This document shows, piece by piece, positions 1 to 11,800 of a DNA stretch of 64,000 nucleotides. The DNA is from Phoronis australis. Taxonomy: Eukaryota; Animalia; Phoronida. Position 1 is the stretch's first letter, and each line of letters begins with the position of its first letter. Below the pieces are notes generated by a model. It was not told where the DNA came from and did no database searches. It worked only from the letters and a program-made list of their open reading frames with translations. The position numbers were made by a program, and so were the translations under genes. The stretch spans positions 1,436,618 through 1,500,617 of the forward strand of contig NMRA01000022.1 of assembly GCA_002633005.1 (NCBI GenBank), written 5' to 3'.

Positions 1-891
1 AATCCGAGTTTTGTAATTTTTACAGGATGCTAACCGTTTAACTGATTCGACCCAAATCTGATTCTGTCACTTGTTGTCACACTCCCGTGAAGGATAAAAA
101 TGACGTCTCTTTAAACTATTACACGCACAGGCTTCAAAATTTTCATTGCAGCTAAGGTTTACATCTAGCAAAGTGATCTCCGTAAACTTACCTGGGTTGA
201 CATACTTACTCCGTACACTTACCTGGGTTGACATCCTTAGACACCAAGACCTTAAGTTGCACTTGCGCCAAAAAATCATCACTCAGGGAACGGAAACACT
301 GAACTCAGTTCCATAAGTCAACACCCCACCCTCGCCGATCGATCTCTTCAATCGCCGCCATTTCGCTAGGCCAGGCCAGCAAGCTCCCCGTACATAGTCG
401 CCTTTCGTTCGCTTGATTTTGCGAGATCTCGTTTTGTTTGCTCTGCAGTTTTACGACCATCCTCAATACACGCCTTCAGAAGGCGCAAAAGTAAGTTATG
501 TAGAAGAACTCGAGGGCCTATTTCCTCTAGTTCTATAGTCAAATGAACTGTTGTACACTCCACCGCAGATCGTGTCAATGCTACGGACATAGTTTAACAT
601 TTCTTCGTTCGCCATCTCACTCCTTTTTAAATTCATAGTCAAAAAGACTTTGCTGAGTTAGATTTTCATTTTCAATACATTCCTGGTTCATAGAAATACC
701 CATCCTAAGACAGCACTAGCGCAGCAATGCTTCGATCCGGTCAGGTTAGCTCCATCTGTACTCAAGGAGTTTAATTGTACTACACGCCTTGCACACGGGT
801 TATTATCACACAAGAAAGCATGACATTATTTTGTAATATCGGACATCAGCAGCAATGCCTAGGGAAAATTTATGCTGTTTGATAACTTTCT

Positions 892-3800
892 CGGCTAAAT
901 CTCAATCAACGTCCATATTCGAGAGTTGACTGTGTTACGGTCTAAAGTAAATTTGTTTGGTCACTTACCAAATACCAATTGAATCTCATATGCAAAGAGT
1001 TATTTAGTTGCGCAAATTTAAAAAGAATCATCAAAATCGGACAGTGTTTGAAAAATTTATGCATGTTTTGTCTATGAATTTCATGCATTTTTAATGTTAC
1101 GAGTGGCCATTTTGAAAATTATAATTTTCAATTGTCAACAGTAGAAAAGAAATTTATTTTATCAAGTAAGTAATTGCTTAGATATGACTGGGAACAACTT
1201 GAGTCACTTTTAGAATCACTTAGATGAAGTTGTGCTTAATCATTGCGAAATTGTAGGGTTCATCATAAAGCAGGCAATCGTAACGAAATTTGTAAATTCT
1301 GTGTTTCTTACCCTCACCTACTGTAAAGAAGTTTAAAAATTAAAGTTCAAACTCTGTCATAAAAAACTGCAGAATATGTTAGCCTAGGCAAAACAGCAAA
1401 TTATTCGATATCTAAATAAACAAAAAGTTTGGATGTCAACTGGGTTCTGCTATGTTGAAAATGGGCCTAAAAGGCTAACAAAATGTAGTTTACGTACCCC
1501 CAGGTGGAATTCAGTAACACAAATGGTCATTGCAAATGAAATTATTCCCTTTGAAATAACAAAATGGTGCTGATTATCATCAAAGAAAAATAAATGGCCA
1601 TACAACATTATGTTACCATGTGATGCAGAAATAGTGATGTAGTATACGTACTCCCCCCCCCTTGTAGTGTACGTATCCCCATGTTTACAAATGCCATGAA
1701 ATTAAAATATCATTTTGCAAGTGAACAACAGTGGTCGTAGACAGTTTCCTTTCTCAAAATGTTAGGTTAAAAGGGTGTTTATTACAATTTCATATGCTTT
1801 GATTTAAATATTAGCATTTGCGTAGTGTACGTACCCCTATATTTCAATTTATGCCTATTTTCAAAGTACGGAAGATATGCTCATTAATGATGTGCTTTTT
1901 ATTTTTTCTCTTTGAATTGATTTAGTAAATCAACTAACTCTCAGTAGATTCTTACTATTTAGTTACAAACCTGACATGTCATTGAAATGTAGTGTATGTA
2001 CCCTGTGTAGTGTACGTACCCCGATGTGAACAAATGGCATGAAACAAAAATATTACAAGGTAAGTAAGCAACATTTGTCACAGACAGTTTCCTCCATTAA
2101 AATGCTAGGTTAAAAGGGTGTTAATTACAAATACATTTGTTTCGAGTGAAATTTTAGCATTTGTGTAGTGTACATACCTCTCTATTTTTACATGTGCCTG
2201 TTTTCAACGAATGACAGATACGCACATGTATGCTGTACTTTTTATTTGTTCTCTTTGAAAAGATTTGGTAAATGAACTAACTCTTAGTAGATTCTAAGTA
2301 TTTTTTATAAACCTGTCAAATCATTGAAATGTGGGGTTCGTACCCCCGTGTACTGTACGTACCTTCAACCTCTGTGCTATAAAGTATTGCCCACAAGTAT
2401 GTTTACATACTGCTGTTCCCATGAACAATACTGATATTTCCAAAATGAATCCAGTCTGACAAAAAACAATGGGCATCATCACATTTTGGGCAATAAAATG
2501 CCACACAGGACTTGGCTAGTGCTTAACATTCTAGAANGCAATCGTAACGAAATTTGTAAATTCTGTGTTTCTTACCCTCACCTACTGTAAAGAAGTTTAA
2601 AAACTAAAGTTCAAACTCTGCCATAAAAAAACTGCAGAATATGTTAGCCTAGGCAAAACAGCAAATTATTCAATATCTAAATAAACAAAAAGTTTGGATG
2701 TCAACTGGGTTCTGCTATGTTGAAAATGTGCCTAAAAGGCTAACAAAATGTAGTTTACGTACCCCCAGGTGGAATTCAGTAACACAAATGGTCATTGCAA
2801 ATGAAATTATTCCCTTTTAAATAACAAAATGGTGCTGATTATCATCAAAGAAAAATAAATGGCCATACAACATTATGTTACCATGTGATGCAGAAATAGT
2901 GATGTAGTATACGTACTCCCCCCCCCCCTTGTAGTGTACGTATCCCCATGTTTACAAATGCCATGAAATTAAAATATCATTTTGCAAGTGAGCAACAGTG
3001 GTCGTAGACAGTTTCCTTCCTCAAAATGTTAAGTTAAAAGGGTGTTTATTACAATTTCATATGCTTTGATTTAAATATTAGCATTTGCGTAGTGTACGTA
3101 CCCCTATATTTCAATTTATGCCTATTTTCAAAGTACGGAAGATATGCTCATTAATGCTGTGCTTTATATTTTTTCTCTTTGAATTGATTTAGTAAATCAA
3201 CTAACTCTCAGTAGATTCTTACTATTTAGTTACAAACCTGACATGTCATTGAAATGTAGTGTATGTACCCTGTGTAGTGTACGTACACCGATGTGAACAA
3301 ATGGCATGAAACAAAAATATTACACGGTAAGTAAGCAACATTTGTCACAGACAGTTCCCTCCATTAAAAGTGCTAGGTTAAAAGGGTGTTAATTACAAAT
3401 ACATTTGTTTCGAGTGAAATTTTAGCATTTGTGTAGTGTACATACCTCTCTATTTTTACATGTGCCTGTTTTCAACGAATGACAGATACGCACATGTATG
3501 CTGTACTTTTTATTTGTTCTCTTTGAAAAGATTTGGCAAATGAACTAACTCTTAGTAGATTCTAAGTATTTTTTATAAACCTGTCAAATCATTGAAATGT
3601 GGGGTACGTACCCCCGTGTACTGTACGTACCTTCAACCTCTGTGCTATAAAGTATTGCCCACAAGTATGTTTACATACTGCTGTTCCCATGAACAATACT
3701 GATATTTCCAAAATGAATCCAGTCTGACAAAAAACAATGGGCATCATCACATTTTGGGCAATAAAATGCCACACAGGACTTGGCTAGTGCTTAACATTCT

Positions 3801-4518
3801 AGAAGACCCATCATGTGACAACTGATGTTGCAGAGGCAGGTTCTCTGTCTCTCAAGACAAGTTGCAACAAACCAACAAGTAGAAGCAGCACAAAACTCGA
3901 GACAATCCCGTACATTTGTAACTTAGTCAAAATTTGATTGACTGTGCGTAGTGTACATTGTACGTATCCCCCAACCAGTACCATTTTTACTGTTTGCAAG
4001 TGGAACACTGGGCCTAGCATTGCTTAAACTATTTTAACCAACTGGTGAATATATTGAAAACTAGGCAAATAGCACCAATAATGTTTTTGAAAAAAGTAGC
4101 TATTTGTCATTTTCTTTTTGTAAGAATCATATTACAAGAGAGGAAGTTCTCATTATACTGTGTTAAGATATGCAATGTATCATCATCTAGAACAACTTGA
4201 TCATCACGGTAATAACTTTTCTTACTTTAGTATGTGACACTTCTTCAATTTGCTCAAGAACTTGTTAAATTAACAGCTACTGAATTTTTCGAGGGTAGAA
4301 TTTGACTGTGACCATAAGATGCAGTGAAGGTACCCTTTTGTACAATTGTGATGCATTAGGCCATAAAATTTTATTTGGTGGTTCTTGTGCAACAATATTT
4401 TAGATTACAAACCTGGAATGATGGCACTTTAAAATAACCCAGCTTTTGCAGTTATATGACAACCTTCATTTTTCTCCAAAAGTGGCCACCGAGTATGGAC
4501 CTTGATTGTGATTTGCCC
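892..4518. mobile_element. Non-autonomous DNA transposon with ~29-bp imperfect TIRs and a 4-bp TSD (possibly Sola2-like)
   Basis: The left end cggctaaatctcaatcaacgtccatattcg matches the reverse complement of the right end cgagtatggaccttgattgtgatttgccc. TTCT flanks both sides (888-891 and 4519-4522). The interior carries many tgtagtgtacgtacccc motifs and no transposase ORF. The superfamily call rests only on the CCC terminus and the 4-bp TSD. Confidence 0.6.
1274..3804. repeat. Near-identical 1.26-kb direct duplication separated by a single N (probable assembly overlap)
   Basis: 1274-2536 and 2538-3804 match except for scattered SNPs and homopolymer length changes, and the junction base 2537 is 'n'. 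Each unit also contains an older, diverged ~340-bp internal dimer. Confidence 0.9.
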
Positions 4519-6102
4519 TTCTGCTTTCCTTTCTTGTAAATTGTACCAGCGGGGGTACTAAGTGTGCACGAAAATCTCAGTATGAACCAATATCAATTTG
4601 AACCAATCTCACTGAGGACAAACGCCATGGCCACCATAATCAATTGCCATGCACTGACGTCTATACACCTGTAGAAATGTCGGTGCCTATTTTTTAAACA
4701 TCAAAACAGTGTTCCGTGATTTATGCACCCATTTTCATATCCTGAAAGTTTGGGGAAGATAGCCAACTAGTGTTTAGTTACTCTTGGGAAAATAACTTGA
4801 ATGAAAAAACGTTGCAAATCGAAAGGTATGTAGAACAAACTTTCGTTGAAAACAACTTCGACGGCCGATAATAGAGTGCGGTCTGTTTTAATGAAAGGTT
4901 GGATGCATTCGATAGAGGGCGACATTAGTTAGCCATCGCTCAAACGAAAAACACGACAAATCGAGGTTCTGAGGTTGAAAACCTAAAATACAGGGAAAGT
5001 AAGTGGCATATTCCATTAAAACAACTTGAGATAAAGCCTTTTTTAATACGTTTACATAACGTCCAATATGGTATTGACTATTTGCCTGCGAGTTGTTCGA
5101 AAATTATTTAACCTACGGAGTTAGTTTAATCCTATAAAAATGCAAACAAAATATTTGCCATGTCGATTTTAAGCTAAATGGCACATGCGATCAAGCCAGT
5201 AATTACACGATTGTGTAAACTGTTTTTGGTTTACGATATGATCAATAGCTCCACGCGTTAATCTTAATTAATAGACAATCGTATCAATGTGTATCCTGCA
5301 TACAGCTGTACCCGCTACACAGGAAATGGTGAGGAAATACAATAGGATTACTTTGTAGCAGACAGTATCAATACGGGAATACAGTCGTGTACGTTGGACT
5401 TTAAAAGTGTGTTTGCTCACATACTATGTTGGAAAAAGCTTGATGCATGAATCTAGGAGGACAAATATTCCACCGCAAATAGGGGTGTTTGAAACTCATG
5501 GGTTACTGCATAAATCACCTCTCGGTCTGTGTTCCCAGATCGGTACTGAAAACAGTCACGTTCCGCATGTGCGTATTGAGCCATTCACTGTTTCATTTTT
5601 TTCAACAAAAATTTCACTCGTGCATCACAAAATCTTTTTACACCTACAAATTATGATAGAATTTTTTTTGCCAGATGCGTTTGACTGTCAAAATAATTAT
5701 CATACACTGTATTATGTTTTGTAGGTAAAAAGTGATCAATTACTACTTAATGCAGGTCCAGTTCGGATATTATGATATTAACGGATAATTAACTTGCATC
5801 TAAGTACACTTATATGTTTCTAAGCCCTTGGCCGTTAAAAAGTATGTACAAACCATTACAAGAAATTGCTGCAAGAGTATACAGAGCTTTGAAAATTAAT
5901 TGTTATTTTTCTAGGTCAACACTGGAACCATATTCCTCGCAGTTCAACTTTAATCTATTAACCTCTACAGTTCAATTCTGGCGTTAGCCGTTGCATTTAA
6001 AGGAATCGATACAAGTGAGACAGTTATATCGAAAACGTGAGGATTCGTACACACTTGCCGGAGTGTTCTTGATTAATGCACTTTCGCTCAACTCGTCAAA
6101 GA

Positions 6103-6399
6103 ATGGCGACTCTCGTTTGGGTTTCAGCGCTTCCTTTGCTTTTTCGAATCATACCCCTCTCTCTGGGATCGGCAATTTTCACGGAATTTGACACGGAAGC
6201 GACGAGTGTAAGTGGTTGTGAAGGTAACAGAACGTTCTCAGCAGTTGGCAGGTACACTGAATGTTCACGTGAATGCGCTTTAGACAATAGCTGCGTCACT
6301 TTCCTCTTCACCAAAGAAGCCGGTGTAAACAATTGTTACACGTGTAGTTACTGGAAGGAGGCGTCTTCAAGAACTGGAGAAAATACGCTAGGATGGAAG
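6103..6399 (+). CDS. Gene A exon 1: signal peptide + PAN/Apple-like domain of a secreted fibrinogen-related protein (alternative in-frame ATG at 6076)
   Basis: Hydrophobic leader MATLVWVSALPLLFRIIPLSLGS is followed by a six-Cys module with the PAN-type pattern CSRECALDNSCVTFLF...NCYTC. Donor AAG|GTGGGT at 6400 (phase 0). Conserved in paralog B. Confidence 0.85.
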
Positions 6400-6607
6400 G
6401 TGGGTGACATTCATACGCACATGCGTACATTTGTGTAAGTATGCATGCGTGTATTTGTGGTTGCATGATGGCGTGTTTGTCTGCATGTGCATATGTGCAT
6501 TTGTGTAAACGTATGTCAGTGCACCTGCACGGGTGCATGAGAATTCAAAACAAATGCATGTCATGTCATATTAGATGAATCTACTTTAATTTTGTTCCCT
6601 CTTCCAG

Positions 6608-6632
6608 GTATTCCAAGATTGTGCAGACGCCG
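6608..6632 (+). CDS. Gene A exon 2: 25-nt micro-exon (VFQDCADA-G), start of the fibrinogen domain
   Basis: Polypyrimidine tract plus cttccAG acceptor and G|GTGCGT donor. Phase 0 in and phase 1 out exactly join exons 1 and 3. It encodes the DC motif that begins FReDs. Confidence 0.8.
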
Positions 6633-8212
6633 GTGCGTATATTTTCCTTACTGATAATATTGAAAACCAACACGTCACAAACAGAATCAACATGAAATTT
6701 CATATTAAAAACAGGCTCTTTGTACTTTACGCATTTCTACGCTTTAAGTGAGATGCTGTTCAATCTCATACACTTTGATCAATTTTCGCATTTCCATTTT
6801 GTTCCAAAAAGAGTTAAGGGTATTTTGAGGTGAAGAGTATAATATAAACATAATAAAGACAAACATGTACTGTACAATGTAGGTTGTGTGTTATGAACAA
6901 TACTAAACTTGTCTTTACTCTAGAACTCCTATCTGTAATGAACTCCACATACTTGTAGGAAAGATGGTATTAATTAAATTTTACTCGCATTACTACACAC
7001 AAACTTAGAGACTAACATAACTGCATGACTTAGCTTTCAATGATCACATTTCTTCAAAGATTTTTGTGAATACAAATTTGATACCCATGACGCCATGTAT
7101 TCTTAAAACCCTGCTCTTTTCATTAAAAGTCGTAGGACTGGCCACGACGGCGCATTGTTTACTGCTTTGTGTGAAATACATGTAGTTCGTCAAAGAGTAA
7201 AGTGAAAGTGTTTGTTGACTGTAAATGCATGGCCACGTTCACGTCAGATGCAAAGTTTCGCTCTGATAAATGCTTCCTTGCAGGTCCGACATGGCTGGCC
7301 TACGACCTCCTTAACTACGGTCAGTCATAGGACATTGAAATGTTACTAATATGTGTAGTCACGTTGCTAAGAGCACCATTTTTCACTGGGTATCGCAAAA
7401 ACTTCCTTAGGCATTATTTTGTGGCACAACACCTTGTATTTTCTGTTCATGTCATTTAAGTTCAGAATTAAACGGTCATGAAGACTTACTCCTACTCCGT
7501 GAACATTTGGGCGTTTTTGATTCTCGATTTCAGTGTTAGGAAATATATTTTGGCAATCGACGCATATTTCGCCTGGGCACCAATAAGTGCAGTGAAAATC
7601 GGCAAACATTGTCGGTCCGATACGGCTTACCAGTGTTTAAGCATGCAAGTAAAGATCCGGGAGATGGCACTGATGTCTGCGGGAGTGTGGATTTTCCGAA
7701 CAGGAAAATATGGCATACAAAAGACGTTTTATTCCCTCCTAATTTTGGTCTCGATTCTGACCCCCTGTCCAACTTATCTCCCCATTTAGTAGAGCAAAAG
7801 AAAAAATGGGCAAGTAATGGAACGGTGAGCAAAAAGTGTCTTTCAAATAACAGTTACCGATTTTGAATAGTTTGAAATAGGGCATTTATGTCTGTGATAA
7901 ATTTGACATGCATGTAGCTCAGGCTGTGGGTTTCCTCGTAGTATTATTATCCAATTGTGCTGTCATTTTGCCTGAGAATAGATATTTGTCTCATGTTTTC
8001 CTGTGTAAAATTGATTGAGGTACGTAAGAAGAGGAGTGGCACACCAATTCGTGATTCCGCGTTACCGTTGGAGCGGTTTAGTCTCATGCTGCAATACTCA
8101 TGACTCTATCTTATTAAATAGGCTCATTTTTACCTGTTTACGTAGTTACGTACTTGATGTTCACGAAATAGGGTTGCAGTGTTTTTCACGGGGGTAATGC
8201 AATTTATTGCAT

Positions 8213-9400
8213 CTAAAGCCGGCAACGCAGTGATTTATTCATTGCTGGCTTCTAAAACATTGATTTTGCACTCACGAACACTCCAAAGGCATTTCAAATT
8301 GTATCTAATGAGACTGACATTGTTTCAGTTTTAAGCATTGGTTAGGTTGAGAATAATTCATTTTTAAACAGAATGCACAATAATAAACGTCAACGTGGCA
8401 ACTCGCAATCCCGACTTAGACGAGTGCTTATCCGACGAAAATTTCACAGGTCGATCGTTGGATTTAACAGCCTATCAGTTCGAACCGGAATACACTGATC
8501 TAGAAATATTAGAGAGGCGCCGTGAACGTGCACACAACGGAACATACATGTATGGATAGTTCCGAAAACCGTTTGAAAGACTGGCTTCGCATGGTGTCCG
8601 TGCGCTAACTGCACGATAATGGAAACGACTGACACTTGTACATGTATTTGCTGCCGCGAAATTCCGCAAGTGAAACGCATTCTTGGAGAAGCCCAGATGT
8701 GTCTCACGGACCATCATGATTTTGCACCGCATATGTAAACAGAGGTGTGCTTAAAACATTTTTAGTGCTGGGAAAACTGGCGAAAACATCCTACACCCAG
8801 AGGACCAAAAAGAAGCCAAACAGATTATATAAAACGTCATGTTCTCATGCCTTGAATATTTAATAACGTCAATTATTCTTTCAGATCAATGACGAATCAA
8901 CTGTTAGTCCCTGTTAGTGCATAGGATCAGGCTATGCTTGATATTAATATTCTTGATCAACAAATTAAACCAGATGTGACTAATTGCACATGACAGCCAC
9001 CACTGTCGAATATGTCTTCAACTCGTCAACAATACGAACAGATGACATGGTTCGCGTAGAAAGTATTTTGATCAACAATTTACAAGAAAAAACGTAACCC
9101 TGCATTCAGCGTAATACCTAATCCGTAACACTACGATCGCCGCAATTTGGTCCATATTTACTTTTAATGTTTCGAACCTAGTTTTCCGAAAAAAATTAAA
9201 CCCTTTTGTCAGACAACTATTTGGCGCCATAACTTGTTCTCTAATGAAATTTTCTACGTCTCTGTGGTTAATTGTCGACACATTATTAAAATTTAATATC
9301 CAGGTTGGACTCGAAAGACCGGCTATTTAACTCACGCAATGTTAACTTGTTTATCGCAGTGAGCCTCGCCTTGGATTTTAATGTCCGCCGCGTGAATTGG
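8213..9400 (+). mobile_element. Kolobok-derived relic in gene A intron 2 carrying a KolX / P2X7-ballast-like Cys-rich pseudo-ORF
   Basis: This interval is absent from the paralogous intron. 8467-8733 translates, with a stop and a frameshift, to TAYQFEPEYTDLE...WCPCANCTIMETTDTCTCICCREIPQV...CLTDHHDF. Boundaries are approximate and the TIRs are not resolved. Confidence 0.65.
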
Positions 9401-9741
9401 GTCTATACATGTATGTCACAAGCACTTCTCTGGCTAGGAGGCCATGGATCAAAAACCTACTCAGCTTTTTGCAACATATAAACTGAATAAATGAGAGATG
9501 AAAATACTGGGAAGACAAGCGCACTTTTAAGTATATTTGGGTTAGTACACGCATACCGATATTGCTTTTATTCAGACAATTCATTGTTAAGAATATGTGG
9601 TCGTGTGTGTTTAATTATAAAATGTAAAAATATGTGTGACGCTCGTTAATTTATGAAATGTATTAGGGAAGCTGCAATCCCACACTTTCAGTCAGGTAGA
9701 AAAAGTGATATGCGGGTGGTATTTCTGTTCATATTTTCTAG

Positions 9742-10343
9742 GCATTCACTATACTGGCATTCTGCGCATCAGACCGCTTAACAGCCACAAAGCTTTCGTC
9801 GTGATCTGCGAAGAAGGGTGGACGGTTATCCAGCGAAGATTCAATGGAAGCGTCGATTTTAACAGAAGCTGGGTTGACTATAAAAATGGTTTTGGAGAAC
9901 TCGAAGGAGAGCTGTGGCTTGGCAACGACAACATTTACTTCATCACTCAGCAGGCTCAATATAAAATACAATACGTGATGACCACATGGAATGACATTAG
10001 TGTAACACGTGAACATACTTCATTCGCAACAGCCAATGAGGAAAAGAAATACAAATTATTCATATCTGCGAATAGTGTTTCAGATCCTGGAACTTCGATG
10101 AACCAACTCAACGGAACTCATTTTTCGACAATAGACCACGATAATGATGAAAGTAAAAGTAAAAATTGCGCAAAACTTAAATTTGGTGGATGGTGGTTTA
10201 AAGAGTGTGCACGGGTAGCCTTAAATAATCTTTATCCCACGGGCGGGACTTGCACGGCCAATAACAACCAATGCATGAAATATTACGCGTTAGGAAAACA
10301 GGTACTTTTGAAACGTTCAGTTGTCAAAATACAGAAGGTTTAG
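9742..10343 (+). CDS. Gene A exon 3: fibrinogen C-terminal domain (FReD; ficolin/angiopoietin/FREP-like)
   Basis: Acceptor ttttctAG, phase 1. Motifs GWTVIQRRFNGSVDFNRSW.DYKNGFG, ELWLGNDNI, FSTIDHDND, NCA and GGWWFKEC are present, with TAG at 10341-10343. The spliced product is about 307 aa from ATG 6103. Confidence 0.93.
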
Positions 10344-10490
10344 TATTCATTTTTGCAGGGTCGCGAAAATCACGTATGGTTTTCTCGTAAATAACAATTG
10401 AAAGTATAACTGAACGACGACATTGTGTTTTGAGCAGTATTAATTGCATCGCTTGAGCTTGACACCCTGCAACACCACCAAAAACTGCGA

Positions 10491-10496
10491 AATAAA
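10491..10496 (+). promoter_or_regulatory. Candidate polyadenylation signal of gene A
   Basis: AATAAA lies about 150 nt after the stop codon. Paralog B has AATAAA at a similar distance (44106-44111). Confidence 0.35.
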
Positions 10497-10929
10497 GTTT
10501 GGCTTCTATAACTGATGTCAGCAAAATAATAATGGGGTAGAAGTTTTAGAAGATCGGAGCTGCGTTCCGCAACGCAAGGTGATTCGCGGGGCAATGACAG
10601 GCACTCTCGTAATTTCTCGTGGTCTTGTGTGACCTCGACTAACTTGGTACAAATTAGAGTTACGGAACGCCTGTGTGTTTGAAGTACATGTAAGAACACT
10701 ATGAGGAATATCCAACATGTTCTCAAAGATGACGACACCGTATAACGTTGGGTACACTTGACTGACCTCGCCGCTACCGCCGTATCCACCGGAATAGACA
10801 TGCAATTGGTTCTCGATGCTAAGACATCTGTGGGCAGATGTCTTAGCAGGTTTATCCGACAGAAGCTAATCAAGAGCAGTCATTGTAGATTATAGTTCAC
10901 CAACAGAACCAGGGTAAATTTTAATTTTT

Positions 10930-11800
10930 TAAGCCTTTATGGCAAGTCTTTGCCTTTAGCTAGACATATCTTCTAAAACAGCTGTTTGCATGCTCACTGC
11001 TTTCATTTTAATTCCACAATATGTTAAATGTCATTATTTAATTTCATTAATACCTCTATTACGGTCTTATTTTTTGTGTTCATTTTGTGATGCCCAATTC
11101 AGCCTAAACTGTTTTAGCCAGTCACGAGCTTTGACTTTTTACCAATTGATGGTAGAAAGAAACGTTTGAAAACGTCCAGATGTTTGATCTGCAGGTTATT
11201 AATTGGCACTATTTTAAGGGTGTTCCACACAGTTTTAATTTTTCGATGAAGCTTTTAAATCTTGAATTTTGTATTCTGTTCTTTGTCTACTACAAATCTG
11301 CATACATGTATAGTGGGGTCGCCCAATTAGCTTTTCCGTTAAGGGTGTGTGAACAGGGCACCTCGGATAAAAATGCGAAACTAACATAGCTAACTGAAAA
11401 GCCATTTACAAATAAATCATCGCTTGCAGTCTTTCTGAAAACAGTATCAGTGAACAGCGTCACTTCTGAATTTTAACGGCTGTAGTTGTAATTCCTGGTT
11501 TATTTACTTTCGGAATACCATATCTGATATACTGTATTTATTAGCAACAAGAAGCTGTAAATAATATTATGTGAATCCATCCAATGCGTTGTAGTTGTGA
11601 CTTACTTTCCAACATCCGGGAAACTGAAGAGTCAGATTCTCCGCCAATGAGAATGGATACTGACCGACAGCAGTGTTACAATGTACATCTAAACGAGGAA
11701 AGAACTAGAGCTAATTTATGCAGGAAGGAAAGGGAATATATTTACTGTCAGATTTCACACACAATCAACATTAGCTCCAAAGAGCTATTTTATGACAAAC
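10930..11800 (+). repeat. Interspersed repeat (family A), with an inverted copy at about 27375-28245
   Basis: caagtctttgcctttagcta...ccaatgcgttgtagttgtgacttactttccaacatccgggaaactgaagagtcagattct recurs reverse-complemented at 27375-28245. Confidence 0.8.

Noticed and set aside
187-240. Short direct repeat acttacctgggttgacat (2 copies), resembling the U1 snRNA 5' end
   Set aside because: Only the first 10 nt match U1 and no U1 body follows. It is a small local duplication.
1274-3804. Recent biological tandem duplication with twin 61-aa ORFs
   Set aside because: The copies are joined by a single N and differ only at haplotype level, so an unmerged contig overlap is most likely. The ORFs have no recognisable motif.
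5407-5724. Upstream ORF apparently conserved with 35097-35294 (likewise 8015-8197 versus 39642-39824)
   Set aside because: The similarity reflects the segmental duplication. Indels and stops differ between the upstream copies, the starts are non-ATG and no domain is recognisable.
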